A DNA stretch of 64,000 bases, from NCBI GenBank assembly GCA_958454115.1, contig CAUEAK010000004.1:19235-83234 (forward strand), given 5' to 3'. The notes beneath the pieces are model-generated. The model was not told where the DNA came from and searched no databases. It saw nothing but the letters and a program-made list of their open reading frames with translations. The position numbers and the translations under genes were made by a program. This DNA comes from Blautia wexlerae. Lineage in GTDB: Bacteria > Bacillota > Clostridia > Lachnospirales > Lachnospiraceae. Position 1 is the stretch's first letter, and every line of letters starts with the position of its first letter. Below are positions 49,406 to 58,415 of this stretch, one piece after another.

Positions 49406-49716
49406 CATTAGAATATTTTTTACTGTTACTTATGATTGTATCAATCTTTACCGGCTTAGTGACTGAAGGTATTAAGAAGTTGCTTGAAGAGTCAAAAAAA
49501 ACCTACAAGGCAAATTTCCTTGCAGGAGGGGTGGCTGTAGTTTTGTCAGTGCTTGTAGGAAGTGGATATATTATTTTGATGGATGCACAGATAAACAGCA
49601 AGATGGCAGTATACCTTATTGCGCTGATCCTGCTTTCATGGCTGTCTGCAATGGTTGGATATGATAAGGTCATTCAGTCGCTTGGACAGATTAAACTCCC
49701 GAATAAAAATGAGTAG
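49402..49716 (+). CDS. Holin-like membrane protein (three predicted TM helices)
   Basis: Three hydrophobic helices, directly before the endolysin. Confidence 0.65.
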   Translation: MTLEYFLLLLMIVSIFTGLVTEGIKKLLEESKKTYKANFLAGGVAVVLSVLVGSGYIILMDAQINSKMAVYLIALILLSWLSAMVGYDKVIQSLGQIKLPNKNE

Positions 49717-49757
49717 TTAGGAGCCTGTTTTAAGGCTCCTTTTTGCGAGGCGGACTT

Positions 49758-51128
49758 ATGGATAAGCAAAATATAACTGTGTTGAGAAAAACACTGTACG
49801 CAGTGGAATCCGGAGATCAGGTATATGGTAAGCAGGATTATTCCTGCTTTGCCGGGGTCGGAGCGAACTGTAGCAATGAAAAAGCTATTACGATCGGTGC
49901 GGGCCAGTGGTACGCAGGAGAAGCAAAAGAACTGTTATACCGGATTCAGAGAGCAAACCCGAAGCTATTCAAAGACATGGATAATGCAGGTATGGAAAAA
50001 GACCTGCTGATGAAGAGCTGGGATACATACGCCGTAACAGCGGAATCTGCGAAAGGTCAGTGCATTATCAGCATTATTAGCACTAATCTGGGGAAGAAAT
50101 GCCAGGACGAATATATGGAAGATCAGATACAGACATATGCGAAGAGCATCGAAAAAACATACGGATCCATGCCGGATTCCGCAATGATGGAATGTATTAA
50201 TGTCCTGCACCAGGGTGGCTTTGACGCATTGAAAAGAATCTTGTCTAAAACTCCGGAACCGTACACTGCAGACAAGATTTATACAACGTTATGTAAGGAT
50301 CCGGCAGACTCGACGCCGAACCAGGTAGGAGATTACACAGACAGACAGAAAGCGGTAATCAGCATGATTAGGAATTATGCTGTGACTGCGGAAAGAAAGG
50401 AAGATGTAGCAATGACAAAAACAGAAAAAGCAATAAGGCAGATGGAGACATGGGCGAAAGATGATTCTCACGGCTACGATCAGGACTACCGCTGGGGAGA
50501 AAAAGGAGATTACGACTGTTCCTCCGCTGTAATTCAGGCATGGCAGAACGCCGGAGTTCCAGTTAAGTCTGGTGGCGCTACATACACAGGAGATATGAAG
50601 AACGTATTCCTGAAAAATGGATTTGTAGACGTAACGAGCAAAGTTAACGTAGCAACCGGATCTGGTCTGCTCAGAGGAGATGTGCTGCTGAATGAAGCGC
50701 ATCATGTAGCCATGTACTGTGGAAATGGTAAAGAGGTAGAAGCCAGCATCAACGAGAAAGGTACCGCTCATGGCGGCAAACCGGGAGACCAGACTGGTAA
50801 GGAGTTTCTGATCCGGAGCTATCGGAACTATCCTTGGAATTGCGTGCTCAGGTATAGAGGGAATATTTTCTCCGCTTCTGACACAGAAAAGAAGCAGAAC
50901 GTAGTAGCCTATGTAGCGAGATTTACAAAGGACTGCAAATGCTACAGTGTAGCTGGTAAGACTCAGGCGAAAATGTTCCCAGTGATTAAAAAGAATGCGG
51001 TTGTAGATGTGATGAAATACACCGAAACCGTAAATGGTAAAAAGTGGTATTTTATCCGGATTCCACATCCGACAGAAGGATTCGTAAGGGAGTTCGTCCC
51101 AGCCGGATACTTCAAGAAGTTGATTTAA
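49758..51128 (+). CDS. Endolysin: N-terminal domain + NlpC/P60 (Amidase_5-like) domain + C-terminal SH3-like domain
   Basis: 'GYDQDYRWG...DYDCSSAV...GDVLLNEAHHVAMY'; follows holin-like genes. Confidence 0.85.
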   Translation: MDKQNITVLRKTLYAVESGDQVYGKQDYSCFAGVGANCSNEKAITIGAGQWYAGEAKELLYRIQRANPKLFKDMDNAGMEKDLLMKSWDTYAVTAESAKGQCIISIISTNLGKKCQDEYMEDQIQTYAKSIEKTYGSMPDSAMMECINVLHQGGFDALKRILSKTPEPYTADKIYTTLCKDPADSTPNQVGDYTDRQKAVISMIRNYAVTAERKEDVAMTKTEKAIRQMETWAKDDSHGYDQDYRWGEKGDYDCSSAVIQAWQNAGVPVKSGGATYTGDMKNVFLKNGFVDVTSKVNVATGSGLLRGDVLLNEAHHVAMYCGNGKEVEASINEKGTAHGGKPGDQTGKEFLIRSYRNYPWNCVLRYRGNIFSASDTEKKQNVVAYVARFTKDCKCYSVAGKTQAKMFPVIKKNAVVDVMKYTETVNGKKWYFIRIPHPTEGFVREFVPAGYFKKLI

Positions 51129-51355
51129 CAGACGGTGCCTTCTAAAAACACATTAAAATATATCACATCAAAAGGAACTCTGTAAATGGAGTTCCTTCCA
51201 TATATTACCGCTATTTTTTTATACATTGAATATGATAATATGAACAAGCTTCGCTTATCAAGATTTCGATAGGATATAGCCAAAAACGATATAATCTAAC
51301 AAATTCCGTCGTGTATTACCATAAAGTGGTAATTTATAACGGAAGGAGCAATGGC

Positions 51356-51616
51356 ATGATAAAAATTTTGCTATCGAAAAAGCTTGGGGAATTAAGACTT
51401 ACTCAGGCGGACCTGGCAAGGGCGACAGGAATACGTCCTAACACTATCAATGAGTTGTACCACGAGCTCACGGAAAGGGTAAACCTTGAGCACCTTGATC
51501 TAATATGCGAAGCGCTAAACTGTGAACTAGACGAATTGATCATTAGGGTGCCGAACAAAGAAACGTCAGTTGTCCATACACGCCAGGGAACCCTGAAACC
51601 CAACAAAAAGATGTAG
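51356..51616 (+). CDS. Cro/C1-type (XRE) HTH regulator
   Basis: 'LTQADLARATGIRPNTINELY...LICEALNCELDELI'. Confidence 0.85.
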   Translation: MIKILLSKKLGELRLTQADLARATGIRPNTINELYHELTERVNLEHLDLICEALNCELDELIIRVPNKETSVVHTRQGTLKPNKKM

Positions 51617-51642
51617 CCGCTGCAACGATTACATCTTATTAA

Positions 51643-51669
51643 AGAGGGGAATGTTACATCCCCCTCTTT
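51643..51669. terminator. Bidirectional terminator between convergent genes
   Basis: AGAGGGGGA...TCCCCCTCT inverted repeat between the HTH and GGCT stop codons. Confidence 0.55.
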
Positions 51670-52108
51670 AATTCATTTCTTTTAAATTATATTCTAACGA
51701 ATCGTACAAATAATCTGTATCAAATCCCATATCTTTGTAACCTTGCAATACAGTTTCAACATAACGATTAGATGGTTTTCCCACAGTGGCTGAGTCAGGC
51801 AACAGATATATCATAGCCTTTTTCCTTGTGCCGTTTTTTAATTGCACAAATACATTTTTCTTTCTATAAAATCTCGGATAGCCCTCATACAGATCAAGAG
51901 CCTTCTCGTTTTTATTATCGATATTCCAAACAGCAACAGGAACCCTACTTCCTTTTTGCCTTTTGACGGTCGCATAAGATCCTGTGCGGCTTCCCCTGTA
52001 AAGCAATTTCCAATTTATCAGATATCCAGTAAATGCGACTGTTGCTCCAGGGCAACGGTATGACATTTGCTGTACATTGAGATTGCTACCGTATGCTACA
52101 TATAACAT
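51668..52108 (-). CDS. Gamma-glutamylcyclotransferase (AIG2-like) family protein
   Basis: 'YVAYGSNL...LDLYEGYPRFY'; the start is CAT at 52106-52108, so it is on the minus strand (ORF track strand is wrong). Confidence 0.85.
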   Translation of the reverse strand: MLYVAYGSNLNVQQMSYRCPGATVAFTGYLINWKLLYRGSRTGSYATVKRQKGSRVPVAVWNIDNKNEKALDLYEGYPRFYRKKNVFVQLKNGTRKKAMIYLLPDSATVGKPSNRYVETVLQGYKDMGFDTDYLYDSLEYNLKEMN

Positions 52109-52155
52109 GACATTCCCTTTCTCCCCGTCAAGCCGGTAGGACAGCTGATTTATAA

Positions 52156-53082
52156 CTAAGCAACCTGTTCCACTTTTGCATTTTCGCGAAGCTGTTTCAT
52201 CATGTGAAGTCTGCAGGTTTTGAACTCGTCTCCGTAAAGTCCAAGTCTGTTTGTAAGGATGTTGTACATCAGAGTGACTTTTTTCTTTGCTGTGTATCCG
52301 TTCATGGATCTAAATATGACTTTGTCATCAGATTCGATGGACCATGCAGAGAGTGCTAAACAAAACTGTACATACGCTTTAATTTTTCCTGCATGAAGAG
52401 TGCTGTTAAAAAGTCTAAATTCAACAGTGCCTTTCTGGAAGAAGCTATGAAGATTCAATGCGTGGTATCTTGTAGAGTTATAATGCTGATGATTGATCCC
52501 ACCACAGTAGCCATCGTTTGCTGGGCTGTACCAAATTTTCTCAACGGAATCTGTTGTGATGTTTTTGTCTTTTTTCATTGTATCAAGTAAATTCTTGCAA
52601 ACTGGCTGGCACCAACGATATTTTCTGTCACCTACTGCAAGCGCATCGTAAATGATTTCCTGTCGGCTATACATGAAATTTACCAGACGGCGAAGAGATG
52701 TTGCGGTATGGTTCGCTCCGTCTACATGAATATGGATTCCGCATGAACTGTGAGGAACTCCGCCGATTTCTTTGAATTTACGGATGATTGCCTGCAATGT
52801 ATCAAGGTCTTCGTATTTAAGAATCGGTGTTACGAATTCAACTCTGTATTCGTCTATGCTCTCAGTTCCAACTTTGCGAATTGGATGGATTGAGCTGTCT
52901 CGCATTACCTTCCATTTTCTTCCCTGTGAATCCTGAACGGTTCTTGTCTGGTAACAAGTGTGATCTGGTCTGGAAGCTGTAGTTCCGATGATTTCTGCAA
53001 CTGCATCAGCGGCCATCTTTCTTGAAATACCTGTAAATTCAACCTCAACACCGTAGTTCTGTTTCTTTAAAAGTTCTGACAT
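52156..53082 (-). CDS. Putative amidoligase (Amidoligase_2 / COOH-NH2 ligase family)
   Basis: 'YGVEVEF', 'WKVMRDSSI', 'EFVTP', 'SCGIHIHV', 'RYHALN...GTVEFRLF'; start is CAT at 53080-53082, minus strand. Confidence 0.88.
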   Translation of the reverse strand: MSELLKKQNYGVEVEFTGISRKMAADAVAEIIGTTASRPDHTCYQTRTVQDSQGRKWKVMRDSSIHPIRKVGTESIDEYRVEFVTPILKYEDLDTLQAIIRKFKEIGGVPHSSCGIHIHVDGANHTATSLRRLVNFMYSRQEIIYDALAVGDRKYRWCQPVCKNLLDTMKKDKNITTDSVEKIWYSPANDGYCGGINHQHYNSTRYHALNLHSFFQKGTVEFRLFNSTLHAGKIKAYVQFCLALSAWSIESDDKVIFRSMNGYTAKKKVTLMYNILTNRLGLYGDEFKTCRLHMMKQLRENAKVEQVA

Positions 53083-53224
53083 ATCATTTTCCTCCTATTA
53101 TCTCTCAAACATTCGCACCGTCTATGCGAATGTTTGTTCTGCTGTTTATGTTTGTATATTACCATATGTACCGTATATGTCAATAGAAAATTAAAGAAAA
53201 TCTATAAAATATTAGAGAATAACG

Positions 53225-53253
53225 TTGACAAAATAGAGAACAAGGGATATAAT
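53225..53253 (+). promoter_or_regulatory. Consensus sigma-A promoter
   Basis: TTGACA (53225-53230), 17 bp, TATAAT (53248-53253). Confidence 0.75.
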
Positions 53254-53292
53254 ATAATTGTAGCAAGGAGATGGCAGGAAAGGAGATAAGAA

Positions 53293-53430
53293 ATGGAAAA
53301 TGACGAAATGACAACATTAGAGTTTAAATCAATTATGGAAATGGTCGTGATGATCATTGAAAGCAGTAAAGATAAAGAAGAGGCTCTTGAAAAAATCAAG
53401 AACCTCTCCATTTTAAAAGAAAAGAATTAA
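53293..53430 (+). CDS. 45-aa small protein (absent from the ORF track)
   Basis: RBS AAGGAG; MENDEMTTLEFKSIMEMVVMIIESSKDKEEALEKIKNLSILKEKN; downstream of the consensus promoter. Confidence 0.65.
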   Translation: MENDEMTTLEFKSIMEMVVMIIESSKDKEEALEKIKNLSILKEKN

Positions 53431-53543
53431 TAACTAAGCGATTGGACACCGAGCAGACTCCTAAACTTCCTGCTTCTGCTCGGTATCTTAAAATAAATAA
53501 TAGCAGGAAGAAAAAATAAAGTCAACAGTAAGGAGGGAAAAAA

Positions 53544-53744
53544 GTGATCTCATATAATCCACTTTGGCATACTCTGATAGATAAAGGAATGAATAAAGGT
53601 GACTTAATGAGAGAGACAGGCATTAGCTTTGGAACCATGGCAAGTATGGGGAAAAACGAGCCAGTCAACTTAAAGCAGATAGACAGGATCTGCAAAGTTC
53701 TTCATTGCAAGATAGAGGATGTTATAGAATATAAGGAAGATTAA
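53544..53744 (+). CDS. Cro/C1-type HTH protein (HTH_26-like)
   Basis: 'MISYNPLWHTLIDKGMNKGDL...ICKVLHCKIEDVIEY'. Confidence 0.85.
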   Translation: MISYNPLWHTLIDKGMNKGDLMRETGISFGTMASMGKNEPVNLKQIDRICKVLHCKIEDVIEYKED

Positions 53745-53921
53745 ATGCTTCCTTATATATATTTAACAAATGTTAGATTCTGGTTACCTGCCATTAACAT
53801 GCGGGATGCTATGATTATCATATAATGTCACCCAAATAATTATATCAATCAATTATCTGGTTATGAGCAAGTAGCGAAGAGGATGCTTTTATCTGCTTGA
53901 TAAAAGCATAGTAAAAATATA

Positions 53922-53964
53922 AAAAAGAGCTGAGAAGTCCTTAACTGGATTTTTCAGCTCTTTT
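53922..53964. terminator. Bidirectional intrinsic terminator
   Basis: AAAAAGAGCTGAGAAGTCC...GGATTTTTCAGCTCTTTT, downstream of the capA-like stop. Confidence 0.65.
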
Positions 53965-54002
53965 GAAGTATGGATGTGATTTTGGATGAATGAAGGCTCT
54001 AT

Positions 54003-55397
54003 TTATTCGGCGTCCGAATTATCAGTATCATAGGATTCGTCGTATGTCTCTGCGTCTGTGTCATCTGAAGCTGAACTGTTCATATCAACGATATCGCTAT
54101 CTGAAGCAGCTGTATCTGCAGAACTGCTCTGGGAGTCATTATTACTGTTATATTTTGCAGTAAAAGTACTGCCTTCTGCAGTAGAAATCCAGGAACTCCG
54201 CTCATTGATTTTTCCAAGGATTCTTGTTGCCTCATCACCTTCTGCCGGAGTTGGCTGATAATTATTATATCCATCATAGGCAGCAGAAGAAATGGAGCAG
54301 GGAATGATATTGGTCACGTTGTCTTTTTTTACCCCATCGGCATCAATAGTAAAGGTCTGCTGGTAGATCATGGTGTCCATATCACTTGGAGAACTGTTGC
54401 CGCCGAAGCAGAAGTTTCCGAGGCTGTATACAATATTCCTGCCTTTATAAGTTTCAATGCCCTGAAGTACATGCGGATGATGTCCGCATACAAGATCAGC
54501 GCCTTCATCGATCGCGATGCGTCCAAGTGTTGTCTGGTTGCTGTCCGGAACGGTTTCCGTTTCATTACCCCAGTGGAAGATCGCTACGATCAGCTGTGCC
54601 CCGTCTGCCTTTACTTTTGCAATATTGTCTTTTAACTGCTGCTCGCGTTCAAGATGGTCGTACAGTTCATAGATACCGACTAATCCTACTTTGATTCCCT
54701 TTACATCCATAACAGCAGTTTCATCATATCCGAAATGAACGATTCCTGCATCATCCAGTGCTGCCAGAGTATCATCGAAACTCTGATCACCGTAATCATG
54801 ACTGTGATTATTAGCGGTGTTTACAGCTTCTACAGACCCGCCTGTCAGAATAGAAGCATAGGATGCAGGTGCTTTAAACGCAAATGTTTTGTCCTCCCGT
54901 TCATCAGAATCGGTGAGTGTTCCCTCAAAATTCGCAATAGTCAGATCATCTGCGGAAAAAATATCTTTTACATTCTGCAGGAAATAATCTGCACCGTAAT
55001 TTTCATAATAAGCATTTAAGCTGGTATCATAATCAAAAGTTTCATCTGTGCCAAGAGTGCAGTCACCGACAACGCTGAGTGTCAGAGAAACAGGAGAAGA
55101 TACTGTAGCATTGGAGGAATCCGTGTTCTGAGAATCTGAGTATGCTTTCTGGCTGTTGTCCTTAGAAGCGTTCATGGAAACAGTTTTTTTGGCTGCTGCC
55201 TGTCTGGAGCTCATATAGTTGCTGCATCCGCGGATACCTGCCAGAATAAGTATAAAAACCAGAACAAAGATACCGATACCTGTTGCAATCAGCAATTTTT
55301 GCCTTTTTTCCTGATAGTATTTTGATTTTTTGTAGATGTCTTTTCTGCGTGCAGAAGAAGATTTCGTCTGGCTTCGCTTGTTGGATTGTAGGCTCAT
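54003..55397 (-). CDS. CapA-family (poly-gamma-glutamate synthesis / metallophosphatase) membrane protein
   Basis: 'VGDCTLG', 'ANFEG', 'ANNHSHDYG', 'HWGNE', 'GHHPHV', 'YSLGNF'. Confidence 0.85.
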   Translation of the reverse strand: MSLQSNKRSQTKSSSARRKDIYKKSKYYQEKRQKLLIATGIGIFVLVFILILAGIRGCSNYMSSRQAAAKKTVSMNASKDNSQKAYSDSQNTDSSNATVSSPVSLTLSVVGDCTLGTDETFDYDTSLNAYYENYGADYFLQNVKDIFSADDLTIANFEGTLTDSDEREDKTFAFKAPASYASILTGGSVEAVNTANNHSHDYGDQSFDDTLAALDDAGIVHFGYDETAVMDVKGIKVGLVGIYELYDHLEREQQLKDNIAKVKADGAQLIVAIFHWGNETETVPDSNQTTLGRIAIDEGADLVCGHHPHVLQGIETYKGRNIVYSLGNFCFGGNSSPSDMDTMIYQQTFTIDADGVKKDNVTNIIPCSISSAAYDGYNNYQPTPAEGDEATRILGKINERSSWISTAEGSTFTAKYNSNNDSQSSSADTAASDSDIVDMNSSASDDTDAETYDESYDTDNSDAE

Positions 55398-55660
55398 ATG
55401 TATAGTTCTCGCTTTCGTTTATAATAGATTAGAGATATAGTATTAAAAAAATATTAAAGAGACCGGGCAGTTAAAATATCTGAACAGATGATCAGAATTA
55501 ACAAAAAATAAATCGTAATTGCTATAGGACATATTCAAAGTATATAGAGGATTCACAGAATCGTCAAGAAATAAGTCTTTTCATAAAACCGTATTTTTGT
55601 TATAATACCATGACAAAAGGTTACATAAATATTACAGACAAAGAATGAGATGTGTTATCC

Positions 55661-55824
55661 TAGAGCGTGTCTGAAAAATCATTCCCGCAATCTGCACGCC
55701 CCACTTTGCGGGATATTTCACCCGAATTCAGTTGCCGTAGCCCGCTACGGCGCCCTCATCCGGGCAAAATATCCCACAAATTGTGACGCACATCTTGCAG
55801 AAAGCCTTTTTCAGACACGCTCTA
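55661..55824. mobile_element. 164-bp palindromic MITE/REP-like element
   Basis: Perfect 18-bp terminal inverted repeats TAGAGCGTGTCTGAAAAA / TTTTTCAGACACGCTCTA with nested internal inverted repeats. Confidence 0.75.
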
Positions 55825-55919
55825 AAGCGTATGAAACATGCTCTGAAAGCATTCAAAGATAATGAGAGATGGGTACGTGAGATAGCACTTCTCAGGAAAG
55901 AATATGAGGAAAAATAAAG

Positions 55920-56471
55920 ATGAAAACATTGATATTCAACGGTTCACCGCGAAAGAACGGTGAAACTGCATATATGATCCGGACTCTGCAGGAAAATCTT
56001 GGAGGGGATTTTAAGGTGGTTAATGCCTACAGGGCAGATATCCGACCGTGTATGGACTGCAGATGGTGTTTTGACCATGCAGGATGCGCAGTCAAAGATG
56101 AATGGCAGGAGGTTCTTTCGTACATTGAAGAATGTGACCATATTATTATGGCATCTCCTGTATATTTTGAGGAGGTTACGGGAATGCTTCTTGCTGTGAT
56201 GAGCAGACTGCAGACCTATTTCAGTGCAAGATATATCCGTAAAGAAGAACCTGTTCCTAAGAAGAAAACAGGAGCAGTTCTGCTGACAGCAGGAAGTATC
56301 GGACCCAGAGAAAAAGCGGAAAGTACGGCAGAGATGCTGCTTCGTCAGATGAGCTGTGACAGTCTGGGGACTGTATATGTGAACCGTACAGACAAAGTGC
56401 CGGTCAGAGACAGAGAAGATATCATACAGGAAATAAAAGATCTGGCAGGCAGATTGAGAACAGCAGAATAA
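55920..56471 (+). CDS. Flavodoxin-family (iron-sulfur flavoprotein-like) protein
   Basis: 'NGSPRKNGET', CxxCxxC...C, 'ASPVYF'. Confidence 0.85.
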   Translation: MKTLIFNGSPRKNGETAYMIRTLQENLGGDFKVVNAYRADIRPCMDCRWCFDHAGCAVKDEWQEVLSYIEECDHIIMASPVYFEEVTGMLLAVMSRLQTYFSARYIRKEEPVPKKKTGAVLLTAGSIGPREKAESTAEMLLRQMSCDSLGTVYVNRTDKVPVRDREDIIQEIKDLAGRLRTAE

Positions 56472-56531
56472 ATATTATCTGAAAATGAAACACCATTTGT
56501 GTTATGTGGAACAGACGAAAGGATGATTAAA

Positions 56532-56909
56532 ATGAAAAAAATAAAATACTTTATGATTACAGGAATGCTTCTGGCATCCATCGGTCTTGCCGGATGTGGG
56601 AAGAAGTCAGAAGATGATATTACAAATAAGGAAATTTATCAGGATGATCTTGAACCGCTGACAGAAGAAGAGCTGAATGAAATGGATGCAGATACTTCTG
56701 ACGAGGATATGAAACAGATTGATGAGCCTGAGGAAGAAACCGCTGACATTACAGATACTACAGATGCAACAGAAACTACAGATAAAACGGAAAATACAGA
56801 TAAAGCAGAAACTTCAGATTCTTCTGCAAAAAAATCTGCGGATAAAACTGAAACATCAGATTCTGCAGATACAACGAAATCAGAAACTAAAACGAAAACT
56901 GAAAAATAA
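56532..56909 (+). CDS. Lipoprotein, acidic low-complexity
   Basis: Signal peptide with lipobox LAGC. Confidence 0.7.
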   Translation: MKKIKYFMITGMLLASIGLAGCGKKSEDDITNKEIYQDDLEPLTEEELNEMDADTSDEDMKQIDEPEEETADITDTTDATETTDKTENTDKAETSDSSAKKSADKTETSDSADTTKSETKTKTEK

Positions 56910-56914
56910 TCACA

Positions 56915-56953
56915 AGGGGGCTGTCGCTGGAATTATTATTGCGACAGCCCCCT
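56915..56953. terminator. Hairpin between convergent genes
   Basis: AGGGGGCTGTCGC...GCGACAGCCCCCT. Confidence 0.65.
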
Positions 56954-56972
56954 GATCATATTTCTGTAATTA

Positions 56973-57962
56973 TCAGGAAAGAACCTCGTTCTTCAGTTCG
57001 TTCCCATCCATAAATGCTTTCGCATTTTCGAGAGTAGTCTCAGCAATGTTAGTCAGTGCTTCTTTTGTAAAGAATCCCTGATGAGAAGTCATCACTACAT
57101 TCGGGAAGGAGAGCAGGCGCTGGGTAATGGAGCTCTGCAGAATACGCTCGGACATATCCTCGAATACGAAATCAGTTTCTTCTTCATAAACATCCAGTCC
57201 TACTGCAAAGAACTTATGATCACGGATTCCGGAGATCAGGTCCTCTGTCTTGATCAGGCCGCCGCGGGAAGTGTTTACAAGAATTACACCATCTTTCATT
57301 TTGGCGATAGTTTCTTCATTGATGATGTGTTTGGTTTCTTCTGTAAGCGGGCAGTGAAGACTGATGAGATCACTGGTTGCCAGAAGCTCATCCAGAGATA
57401 CATATTCCAGATAATCCAGGCTCTTATTCGGGAAAAGATCGTAAGCGATAACTCTCATACCAAAACCTTTGCAGATTTTTGCCATTGCCTGGCCAATTTT
57501 TCCGGTACCAATGATTCCGGCAGTTTTCTGATAGAAATTAAGTCCCATCAGACCACTTAAAGAGAAGTTGTTTTCGCGGCATTTGATGTATGCTTTATGT
57601 GTATGGCGGTTTGCGGTCAGCGCAAGTGCCATTGCATGCTCAGCCACAGCTTCCGGAGAATATCCCGGAACACGCAGAACCTTCATTCCGAATTTGTGAG
57701 CAGTTTCCAGATCTACATTGTTATATCCTGCGCAGCGCATAAGGATCAGTTTTACACCCTGAGCATTCAGCTCTTCGATAACAGGAGTGCTCAGATCAGC
57801 GTTTACAAAAGCGCAGATTGCCTCATATCCTTTTGCAAGGGAAGCAGTTTCTTCGTGAATATTTGCTTCGGTAAATTTAATTGTAATTCCCGGATAGGAA
57901 GGAAGAAGCTTCTCGAAAAATTCTTCGTCGTAGTTTTTTGTGCCGTAAAATAAGATTTTCAT
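56973..57962 (-). CDS. ldhA: D-2-hydroxyacid (D-lactate) dehydrogenase
   Basis: 'RCAGYNNVD', 'GIIGTGKIG', 'LHCPLT', 'NTSRG', 'LDVYEEE', 'TSHQGF'. Confidence 0.8.
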   Translation of the reverse strand: MKILFYGTKNYDEEFFEKLLPSYPGITIKFTEANIHEETASLAKGYEAICAFVNADLSTPVIEELNAQGVKLILMRCAGYNNVDLETAHKFGMKVLRVPGYSPEAVAEHAMALALTANRHTHKAYIKCRENNFSLSGLMGLNFYQKTAGIIGTGKIGQAMAKICKGFGMRVIAYDLFPNKSLDYLEYVSLDELLATSDLISLHCPLTEETKHIINEETIAKMKDGVILVNTSRGGLIKTEDLISGIRDHKFFAVGLDVYEEETDFVFEDMSERILQSSITQRLLSFPNVVMTSHQGFFTKEALTNIAETTLENAKAFMDGNELKNEVLS

Positions 57963-58415
57963 AAATGTTAGCTCCTCTCTGGCTGTATACCTGTATGGTA
58001 TACGCACCGTGAAAATTATAATATCAGTGTTTATAGCAATCCTCATAAATAATGCATCTTAATCCAGACCATCAGAGTGTGAAATCCTGCTATAGTAAAA
58101 CAAATCGAATAATGTTAAAATAATAACAATCTTCTGACGATTCACATTATAACCGATTTATCGGAAAAAGAAAAGGCTATTTTGGATAAAATTTCTCAAG
58201 TATCTATAAAAATACAATCTGAGAGAGTATGAAGATACTTTAAACAGGAATTGCAAATTATGCTTTGTTATGAAAAGTATGTACAGAAAGACAAAAGATA
58301 TGCAGGATAAAAAACATCTTGCGGGATATTACAGGTGAACAGTAAAAATTATGCTGCTGTCAACAAACATAAAAAAATGATATGTTGACAGCAGCATAAT
58401 TATAAATGACAGTTG

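Larger units (their letters stand above)
1..53750 (+). mobile_element. Prophage, contractile-tail (PBSX/xkd-like) temperate phage; left end outside the window, right end approximate
   Basis: Continuous phage gene order (replication/recombination, terminase, portal, capsid, sheath, tube, tape measure, baseplate, fibres, lysis, morons), then housekeeping genes after about 54 kb. No integrase or att site identified in the window. Confidence 0.95.

Noticed and set aside
51668..53082. ORF-track '+' strand labels for the GGCT and amidoligase genes
   Set aside because: The proteins translate only from the reverse complement (CAT at 52106-52108 and 53080-53082); annotated here as minus strand.
53745..53920. 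attR site or disrupted host gene at the prophage right end
   Set aside because: A short open stretch (CHPNNYINQLSGYEQVAKRMLLSA) was seen, but without the left junction no att core can be supported.
55650..55862. 70-aa ORF in the track
   Set aside because: It lies almost entirely within the palindromic MITE-like element and is probably spurious.
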